Shown here: positions 55,001 through 64,000 of the stretch, piece after piece
Layout: the number at the start of each line of letters is the position of its first letter
Numbering within the stretch: position 1 is the stretch's first letter
From: Lama guanicoe
Taxonomy: Eukaryota
DNA length: 64,000 nt
Assembly (NCBI GenBank): GCA_013239625.1
Contig: MU054338.1
Location: 744,001-808,000, forward strand
Reading direction: 5' to 3'
The notes under the pieces: model-generated
The model's database searches: none
The model's input: the letters and a program-made list of their open reading frames with translations, nothing else
Told to the model about the DNA's origin: nothing
Translations under genes and position numbers: made by a program

Positions 55001-57515
55001 GCTGCACAGAAGTGTGCTCTGTCAGCAGGCGGGCCTGTGAGGCGTCCCAGCCTCGGGACCCGGTCTCTGTGATTCAGCCGAAGGACTTGATTCACTTTCT
55101 CTGCTCAGCTTTCTCATGATGGCTGGCGGCAGGCACCCCCGGAAGGTGGGCCACCCCTTCCTTCCCAGCACCCTGGGTAGATGGGGACAGCCACGCACGG
55201 TGACTGGGTTCCTGTTGAGGGGTGCGGGGTGACAGGTGGTCACTGCAGCGTGTCACTGGGCCAGCCCTCCTCTCTCAGTCCTTGGGGCGATGAGCTCACT
55301 TGGCCCCACAGGGTTTGGTCTACCCGACTTTGTGGGCTCAGTGGCACCTGGTGGCCGGTGACCCAGGACTGGGCCTACAGGCTGCTTGATGGCCATGTGG
55401 CATGGACAGGGTGTGCCCACTCCGGGCCCAGACTGCAGCTGGTTTTACTTCTGACAGGGTAGAGGGTGGCCATGACCCTGCCTGCGCGTTGGCTCTGACC
55501 CTGTCCTCGGCGAGCACGGGGTTGGGGGGTGTTGAGGGAGTGTTTCCCTGCAGCTGCCGCCCACGTAAACCCCCGTCTCCTGCCAGGCTGGTGTGGGTCA
55601 GTCTCTGCCCAGTGAGGGCCGTTTCTTTGGGCAGAGCTGCGAGTGTAGTTACAGTCCGGCCTGTGGACGTCCTCGAGGCCTGGCCCTTGGATGGAAATGG
55701 TCTGGGTGGCTCCCGGCAGGCTCGGCCATGGGCCGCACCATGTCTGTGTCTATCTCTCCTGTCTGTCTGTAGGTTTTGGCTACGGGCCTCCACCTCCCCC
55801 ACCGGATCAGTTTGCCCCTCCGGGGGTCCCCCCTCCACCGGCCACTCCGGGGGCTGCACCTTTGGCCTTCCCACCACCTCCGTCTCAGGCCGCCCCTGAC
55901 ATGAGCAAGCCGCCAACCGCCCAGCCTGACTTCCCGTACAGTCAGTATGGTGAGTGGCCTCCCTCCCGGCATGCCCGCGCAGGGTTGTCGGACAGCTCAC
56001 GCGACCTGGGCTCAGCAGAGCTCAGACAGGCGCTGGGGCACTGGCATGGAAGAGCGGTGATGGCGTGGCAGGAGTCCAGGGCCAGCAGGTTTGGGGGCCT
56101 GGCAGGCTCTGCTGCCCTGGGTGCCTGGGTTTGCCGAGTGCAGAGCACAGAGCAGGCGTCGGGGCCCACGGCGTTGGCTTTATGCTTCACTGCAGGTGCT
56201 GGTCCAGTAGGTGCTAGGGCCCGGGTGGGGGAGCTCCTTCGGGGACAGGGTGGGCCTGAAGGTCTCCTGGCACTGAGCAGTTGCTCCCAGCACCACCACA
56301 TCCCCTGCTCTTGCTCCCCTGGGGACTTGGCCGGCCATTGTCACTGAGTATGTGGGTTCTCGCCCCAGCTGGAGCAGGACATGTCGCTGGCCCCCAGTGG
56401 GGGTATGCCCCGCCCTGCCCCCCACCCCCCCACCGCTTCTCTGCCAAGGCGGCCTGGGGCAGTCACCCTGGTCTCGTCTCTTGCCAGGCCTGGGTACCTA
56501 TTCTCCAGACCCGCCAGGCTTCGGCCCACACTTTGTTTACACCCTTATGGTCGGGCTGAGCAGTGATGTGGCCTAGGTAGGTGGCGCCTTCTCCATGGTC
56601 CCCACGCCTGCGCCCAAGCCACGGACATCGCCTCCCCTGCCGTCCTGGGCGGGGGTGGGCCCGGCGGTGCCCTCGGGGACGGGCCCTTGCCAGGGTGAGG
56701 ATCTCAACCGGCCAGAACCCCGCAGGCCCCAGACCTCTGCTTTCTCAGGACAACACTCAGGCCCAGTGGGAATCTGGGCCCTGGGACGGGCCGTCTGCAC
56801 AGCGTGTGGTCCAGGTGGGCCTCCTGTGCCCTCTGAGGTGCGGGGTCTGGTCCTCCTAAGAGGAGGGCCCTGCCCCCTCCCCATACCAGTTGGTTTCCTG
56901 GAAGTCGCCAGCCTCAGGGCCAAGCTCCGTGCCTCGGGCTGCTCTGTAGTTCTTTCTTAAATCCTGAAAGCTGTGCTGAGTCCACCCTGCATTCCACTTG
57001 AACACAAACTCTCTAGAAACCTGGTGTCCACCACAGTAGGCCAGGTGATCTGTGTCTCCAAGCTCCAAGGCCTCTCCAGCTGCTAGGATCTGCTGCTAGG
57101 TCCCTGGCCCTGAGCCGGAATGAGTGGGGAAGGGACCGAGAACAGACAGGACAGACCAGTGGGTCCTTGAGGTCTCGGAGCTGCTTTTCTTTCTGTGCGA
57201 GATGCCGTCCAGGGCCCTGCCAGGGCTCCCAGGCGGGCTTTCCGCCCGCCAGGTCCTAGCCCCATCCTGAGCCAGGGCCCAGGCCATAGGTGCCCATGGG
57301 AGCGGGAGCCCCGGCCCCAGCTCACTGGGTTCTTCCCTGCAGGGTACGGACAGGACTTGGCCAGCTTCGGACAGGGCTTCTCAGACCCCAGCCAGCAGCC
57401 CCCCTCCTACGGAGGCCCCTCGGTGCCAGGCTCAGGGGGTCCCCCCGCCGGCGGAAGTGGCTTTGGACGCGGTCAGAACCACAATGTGCAAGGATTCCAC
57501 CCCTACCGACGCTAG
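37040..57515 (+). CDS. DAZAP1: DAZ-associated protein 1 (two RRMs, Pro-rich C-terminus), spliced CDS, ~406 aa; exon 7 missing (N gap)
   Basis: join(37040-37068,44262-44302,44872-45038,45287-45352,47093-47203,48098-48146,[exon 7 in gap],53373-53526,54637-54666,54778-54918,55773-55949,57343-57515); [22 protein letters not shown], C-terminal GRGQNHNVQGFHPYRR. Confidence 0.97.
37195..37620. repeat. Degenerate GC-rich minisatellite, ~6 copies of a ~63-71 bp unit
   Basis: Recurring ggagtcc...gccccgccgcctcgtggctgggracccyragcgggaacyggggg; cores at 37220, 37283, 37354, 37424, 37495, 37563. Confidence 0.85.
39744..39842 (-). mobile_element. tRNA-derived SINE (camelid Vic-1-like)
   Basis: ctgggaattgaacccaggacctcgtgcgggctaagcacgtgctctaccactgagcta; A and B boxes on the minus strand. 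Confidence 0.8.
44262..44302 (+). CDS. DAZAP1: DAZAP1 exon 2
   Basis: KLFVGGLDWSTTQ. Confidence 0.95.
44872..45038 (+). CDS. DAZAP1: DAZAP1 exon 3
   Basis: [34 protein letters not shown]...DGRN. Confidence 0.96.
45287..45352 (+). CDS. DAZAP1: DAZAP1 exon 4
   Basis: IDPKPCTPRGMQPERTRPKEGW. Confidence 0.96.
46120..46390. mobile_element. MER2 (Tigger-derived) DNA transposon fossil
   Basis: ggatgccaaatccacagacgctcaagtccctcata...tcctcccgtgtactttaaaccacctctagg...tttttgatccacagttg. Confidence 0.8.
47093..47203 (+). CDS. DAZAP1: DAZAP1 exon 5 (NAGNAG acceptor)
   Basis: QKGPRSDNSKSNKIFVGGIPHNCGETELREYFKKFGV. Confidence 0.96.
48098..48146 (+). CDS. DAZAP1: DAZAP1 exon 6
   Basis: VTEVVMIYDAEKQRPR. 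Confidence 0.96.
49140..49272. other. Assembly gap (N run); other gaps at 50892-51087, 57664-57951, 61123-61265
   Basis: N runs. Confidence 1.
53373..53526 (+). CDS. DAZAP1: DAZAP1 exon 8
   Basis: VEVKRAEPRDSK...QQGYGPQ. Confidence 0.96.
54637..54666 (+). CDS. DAZAP1: DAZAP1 exon 9
   Basis: MWVPAGQAI. Confidence 0.93.
54778..54918 (+). CDS. DAZAP1: DAZAP1 exon 10
   Basis: GYGPPPAGRGAPPPPPPF...GAPPQF. Confidence 0.95.
55773..55949 (+). CDS. DAZAP1: DAZAP1 exon 11
   Basis: FGYGPPPPPPDQF...DFPYSQY. Confidence 0.95.
56488..56576 (+). CDS. DAZAP1: DAZAP1 alternative C-terminal cassette exon (short isoform)
   Basis: cag|LGTYSPDPPGFGPHFVYTLMVGLSSDVA*|gtaggt; resembles the alternative C-terminus of the short human isoform as recalled. 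Confidence 0.8.
57343..57515 (+). CDS. DAZAP1: DAZAP1 last coding exon
   Basis: YGQDLASFGQGF...GFHPYRR*. Confidence 0.96.
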
Positions 57516-58230
57516 CTGCGGGAGCCACGCGGACATCAGGCGGCTGAGACCCAGGATTCGAACTTGTGAACTCGTGACAATCACAGACTTGGGCAGAGAT
57601 ACCGACTCAACCAGGGGGGCGGGGGGGCGAGAGGCTTTGGAAGCGGCTGTGGGTATCTGGACTNNNNNNNNNNNNNNNNNNNNNNNNNNNNNNNNNNNNN
57701 NNNNNNNNNNNNNNNNNNNNNNNNNNNNNNNNNNNNNNNNNNNNNNNNNNNNNNNNNNNNNNNNNNNNNNNNNNNNNNNNNNNNNNNNNNNNNNNNNNNN
57801 NNNNNNNNNNNNNNNGAGNNNNNNNNNNNNNNNNNNNNNNNNNNNNNNNNNNNNNNNNNNNNNNNNNNNNNNNNNNNNNNNNNNNNNNNNNNNNNNNNNN
57901 NNNNNNNNNNNNNNNNNNNNNNNNNNNNNNNNNNNNNNNNNNNNNNNNNNNCGGCACTGGTGGAGGTGAGGGGCATTTTTAGTCCCTCACTCCTGGCTTT
58001 GAGGGTTGGGACTCTTTGGTCCAGAAACTCTGGGAGCTTGATGAAGAAGTCCTACTGAGTGTGTTTTGTTTTTGTTTATTCCTTGCTTTTGTCGACTGGC
58101 GTGCCTGGCAGTGTCTGCAGGCGCGCTGTGGGGGCCGCGCCGCCTGCGTCTGGCCCGGCGTGCAGGACCAGGAGGCCCGCATCCCATCGCCCGCACACGC
58201 GGCATCGGGGCGTCCCCGCTGAGCAGTTTG

Positions 58231-58236
58231 AATAAA
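58231..58236 (+). terminator. DAZAP1 polyA signal AATAAA
   Basis: End of 3' UTR, followed by GU/U-rich sequence. Confidence 0.8.
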
Positions 58237-59071
58237 GAAAGTGAGTTTGGATTAGAAACCCACGTTGTCTCTGTTATTCCTCCTGCTCCTGCTGCAAGGA
58301 GTCCTTCCCGTGGGAGCGTCCCAGGCCCTCCGTGGTGGGCCTGGGGGTCTGGTCTGGGGGTGGCTGCCTGGTCAGAGCTGCAGGTCCACTGTGAGGGGCT
58401 CTGGGTTCTGGGGTTCAGGGCCGCTGGCTGGCGCCAAGGAAGAGGCATCTCGACGGATCTGGGTACGGTGGGCCCAGCACCCCTAGACCCTGCAGGCTGC
58501 TCACCTTTCCATGAGCTACGCTGTTGGCGTGGGTGGTGTGGGTGTTGGGACCCCCAGTTCAGGGCTGGTGGGACACAGCTCCTGGAGCTGAAGGAGGCCG
58601 GGTCATGGTGAGCGCCTTGGGGGCTCATGGTGAGGCCCCACCAATGTTCACACAGCCTGAGAGGTGGGCCAGGCGTGGGCAGTGGAGCAGCTGGACCCTG
58701 ACCTTTTGACTCAAGTCCAAGCAAGGGTGGGTCCTAGAGATGAGGATGGGTCTTGGGAGCCAGGCAGGTGGGATGGGACAAGTTCTGACCCACCCCGCAG
58801 CGGCCACCCCTCCTGTGGACACCGCGAGCCTAGCCGGCAAAGTCCGTCTGCAGGGCCCTGCCCGCCCTAGGTGTTTTGGTCTCATACCACATGGTTTCTG
58901 TCCATTTTCTTGACTGCCCCCTACCCCAGACTTAGGGAGCTTTGCCATTTGAAGCCCCTGTTTCCCCCCTGAGGATGGAGGGGAGCCTGTCTGGGCTTGG
59001 GGCTGGCCTCCGCTAGGTGGGGAGGGCTCCTGGGTCCCAGGAACGTCTGAGAACAGACGTTCTCAGTCTGT

Positions 59072-59500
59072 GTGGGACGCCAGGAGCAGCTGTGGCTAAT
59101 CACTGAAACTTGGTGGTTTAAAATAACATGGATTATCTCAGTTTTGGAGGTCAGGAGTCCGACTGGGCTAAAATCCAGGCGTGGGCAGGGCGGGTCCTTC
59201 AGAGGCTCCAGGGAGGAGCGGCTCCTGCCTCTTCCAGCTTCTAGAGGCGCCACATCCCTGGCTCGCGGCCCCTCCCTCCATCCTCACCCCCAGCAGCGCA
59301 GCATCCCCCGTCTCTCTCTGACTCTGACCTCCCGCCTCCCTCTGATGAGGACCCTGTGAGGACACAGGTCCCCCTGGGAATCCAGGGTCACACCCATCCC
59401 AAGGGCCTTAACCCCCCTGCAAAGTCCCTCTGCCTCTAAAGTCACGTGTCTACAAGTCCCTGGACCAGGACCAGGGACATCTTCGGGGATCACTCTGTCA
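59072..59500 (-). mobile_element. MLT1C/D-like MaLR solo LTR
   Basis: cttggtggtttaaaataaca...ctcagttttggaggtcaggagtcc...cttccagcttctagagg...gcaaagtccct. Confidence 0.8.
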
Positions 59501-59529
59501 TTGTAAAGACTACAATCAAGATTTCAAAA

Positions 59530-59765
59530 CATAGGGAGGAGGGTGGGAAGGGAGATGGAGTTGGAGATTTGGAGATACTGACAGGTATATAAAGGATAGA
59601 TAAGCAAGTTCATACTGTAGAGCACAGAGAAACATTCAAGATGTTGTAGTGCACGGTGAAAATATGAAAATGAACATGTGTATATTCATGTGTGACTGAA
59701 AAGTGGTGCTGTACACCAGAAATTGACACAACATTGTAATCTGACTGTAACTCAAAAAAAAGTTT
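59530..59765 (+). mobile_element. Cetartiodactyl-type L1 3' end with A tail
   Basis: tgctgtacaccagaaattgacacaacattgtaatctgactgtaactcaaaaaaaa. Confidence 0.8.
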
Positions 59766-60859
59766 TTAAAAAGATTTCAAAACAGAACCAATTCCTCCAA
59801 AATGTACTGGGTGCCTCTAGTGTGCCTGCCTGGCTTTAGATAGTGTAATGAACAAAACAGCCAGAAAGCCTCAACCCAACCCCCAGCCCAGCACATACGG
59901 AAAGGGGGCCAGGGAAGTTTGGCTCAGCTCAGAGAGCCAGGAAAAGGGGCACCTCCACCCAAATACCCAAAGTGCCCCTCCAAGATGGCACCCCCCCATG
60001 CACCCCTTCTCCTCCCGTCCTCTCCAGAGCTGCTGCCCTCCTGGTTTATAGGAGCAGGAGCAGGTGCGGCAGGGACCTCGTGCCCTTGTCCTCCCATCAC
60101 CACCACGTGTCATCCCACCCTTTAAAGTGCCTTTCATTAGCGAGCTGAATTCTCTGCAAATTTAAGATCCTTTGGTCAAAGGGCACCATGCAATCCATGA
60201 AGGGACTTCCAGCAAGCCAGGAGCTCCCGGGACCAAGTTTGCTTCACACACGACACACCTCGAGGGACAGTTTCTGTAGCCCCAGACACGGTGCTTGTAT
60301 TCCACTGGGGACAGGGAAGGATGTCCCCTCGTTGGCCTGGAGTTTGACTGGCTCTCCCATTGGGACTGTGGAAGTGGCTGGGGAAGGCTTTGAACTCCTT
60401 CAAGACTTCTCACCTCCTCCAGGCCAGCCCCACCTCCCCACAAAGCCACTTGGCTGAACCATGCCCCATGCACCTGCTCAGGAGGGGCTGGAGGCTCGAT
60501 GCCCCCACCCAGCAGGGACACTGAAGCACAGTGGTGTCATGTGGAGGGAGGGGAGAGTCATTAGCCTTTTCTCTTGTTTTAGCAGCTCTTTCCTACCCCA
60601 GGGCCTTTGCACGTCTGCCCCCTCTTCCAGGACCATGCCTTTCCAGTGGGGCTGGTTGCATCCTCAACCCATTGTCACCAACATGCATGGGAACATGCGT
60701 GGGCTTACCTCTGCCAAACATTTCACTGTTTTCTATATGCCACGTGTGTTTTTGTTCTTGTATGCCTCTGTTAATGTTTCTTTTGCATTAAATGAGTATT
60801 TTCTAGTGTAGCATTTTAATTCTTCTAATGATTTTTTTTAATTTTAAAATTTTCTTTTA

Positions 60860-61004
60860 TATATTTTATTTATTTATTTATTTTTATTGGCGGTGGGAGG
60901 CAGTTAGATTTACTTACTTATTTTTAGAGGAGGTGCTGGGGATTGAACCCAGGACCTTCTGTATGCTAAGCTTGTGCTCTTCCACTTGAGCTATACCCTC
61001 CCCC
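60860..61004 (-). mobile_element. Vic-1-like camelid SINE with (AAAT)n tail
   Basis: Reverse complement ggggagggtatagctcaagtggaagagcac...ggtcctgggttcaatccccagcacctcctctaaaaataag; TSD-like aatgat(a)ttttttt on both flanks. Confidence 0.85.
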
Positions 61005-61089
61005 TCAATGATATTTTTTTCATTATAATTTTCGAGTTTCTTGGAAGTTGCTCTAGAGTTTACCATATGTGCCTGTTTGGTTGTTTTCT

Positions 61090-61600
61090 ATTGTGGCAAA
61101 ATATAAGATTTACCATTTTTAANNNNNNNNNNNNNNNNNNNNNNNNNNNNNNNNNNNNNNNNNNNNNNNNNNNNNNNNNNNNNNNNNNNNNNNNNNNNNN
61201 NNNNNNNNNNNNNNNNNNNNNNNNNNNNNNNNNNNNNNNNNNNNNNNNNNNNNNNNNNNNNNNNNTTTCCTGGCTCTGTGGATGTGACTCCTCTAGGGAC
61301 CTCTTATGAGAGGGTTAGGTTATACAGTATTTGTCCTTCTGTCTCAGGATTCTCTCAGTGGTGTCCTCAAGGTCCATTCACATTGTAGCATGTGTCAAAA
61401 TGTCCTTCCTATTTAAGGCTGAACAATATTCCACTGTGTGGATGGACCACACAGTGTTTACCCATCACCTATTGATGGACGCTTGGGTTGTTTCCACTTC
61501 TTGGCTACTGTGAATCGTGCTGCTGTGAACATGGACGTGCACATCTATTCAAGTCCCTGCTTTCGGTTTTTGGGATATCGACCCAGGAGTTGAACTGCTG
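61090..61600 (-). mobile_element. L1MA/MB-like 3' UTR (interrupted by N gap)
   Basis: tccttcctatttaaggctgaacaatattccactgtgtggatggaccaca...tgtgaatcgtgctgctgtgaacatgg. Confidence 0.85.
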
Positions 61601-62199
61601 GGCCACAGGTACCACACACATCTTAATTACTCGGATGGACATTAACTCAGGTCCAGTGAATACTGAAAGAACACTCCTATGTAGTCCTAGTCCCTTGTCC
61701 CGAGCTTGCTGAAATTGTTACACGTATTACATCTGTGTGTGTTACAAACCTAGTACTGCAATGCTACAGTTGTTACTTCATATAATTTTGTCTGTTAGAG
61801 GCTGGCTGGTCCCTATCAGGGACGCCTTTTCTGACCACCTGTGCGAAGCCAGTGTCCCACCCCTCCCGACGTTCCTCTTGGCTCAGATATCTGTACGCCC
61901 TTGTTCCTGGGCTTGGGCCTCGCCCACTGGAACGCGAGCTCCCTGGGGGAGGGCCAGCCCAGAAACCCTGCCTGACAGCGCCTACTGCAAACAGGCACTC
62001 CAGAAACACTCTTCACGTGTGGGCTCCGTCGTGGAGATTACACAGCACGGATACGAGTTTCCGGAAGGGGCCGCGACGCGTCCCACGTCCCCCAGGTGAG
62101 GAAGTGTCCCAAACCCTAAGCGGCCGGCCCCAGCTTGGAGAGCACCCAAGAGCGGCGGGGGCTCCTTTCCGTCTCGCAGCCCGCACTCTGGCCTCCGAC

Positions 62200-62332
62200 C
62201 ACAGAGGGCGCGCGTTCTCCGTCGGGAAGGCGGAAGCGCGTGGGCGCGCAGGCCGGGGGCGGGGCATCGTGGGCGACCTCGCGATAACTGCGCAGGCGCA
62301 GAGGGGGCGGTCCTTTCCGAAGAGCCGACAAG

Positions 62333-62335
<3 letters not shown>
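62200..62335 (+). promoter_or_regulatory. RPS15 promoter: GABP, Sp1, CGCG-box, NRF1-like, TCT initiator/5'TOP
   Basis: cgggaaggcggaag ~62223; ggggcgggg; cctcgcgata 62277-62286; tgcgcaggcgca 62289-62300; polypyrimidine tcctttcc 62311-62318, ending ~15 nt before the ATG. Confidence 0.8.
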
Positions 62336-63943
<1,608 letters not shown>

Positions 63944-63953
63944 CCTGCTGGTC

Positions 63954-63959
63954 AATAAA
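63954..63959 (+). terminator. RPS15 polyA signal AATAAA
   Basis: 10 nt after the stop. Confidence 0.92.
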
Positions 63960-64000
63960 GGCAGCAACTTCTCTAGTCCTAAGTCTGGCAGGTCCTTAGC

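Noticed and set aside
57457-57976. ORFs spanning N gaps (also 49019-49376 and 50744-51103) and the isolated 'gag' bases in the gap
   Set aside because: Artefacts of unknown bases

Overview
GC-rich, gene-dense mammalian genomic DNA syntenic with human chr19p13.3. Two tRNA-derived SINEs of the Vic-1 type suggest a camelid (alpaca/llama/camel). Gene order: PWWP3A/MUM1 (+, 13 coding exons, 658 aa; first non-coding exon lies upstream of the window); a divergent tRNA-Phe(GAA)/tRNA-Asn(GTT) pair; NDUFS7 (+, 216 aa); GAMT (-, 236 aa); an internally deleted class I ERV abutting the GAMT promoter; DAZAP1 (+, ~406 aa, exon 7 apparently hidden in an N gap); RPS15 (+, 145 aa). All exon boundaries were read by hand and are phase-consistent. 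Nearly all long ORFs in the supplied track are GC-rich noise. I found no wholly new protein-coding system. The strongest unexplained signals are regulatory: (1) two candidate stop-containing (poison) exons, with three AU-rich islands dense in UAG/UAAG, flanking DAZAP1 exon 7, suggesting an autoregulatory splicing/NMD circuit; (2) an atypical AA|GCTAAGT donor in PWWP3A with decoy donors and a candidate poison exon; (3) a ~70-bp-period minisatellite in DAZAP1 intron 1 carrying a CTCF-like motif per unit; (4) a probably chimeric ERV with mismatched LTRs between GAMT and DAZAP1. Comparisons with human proteins and repeat consensus sequences are from memory, not from searches.
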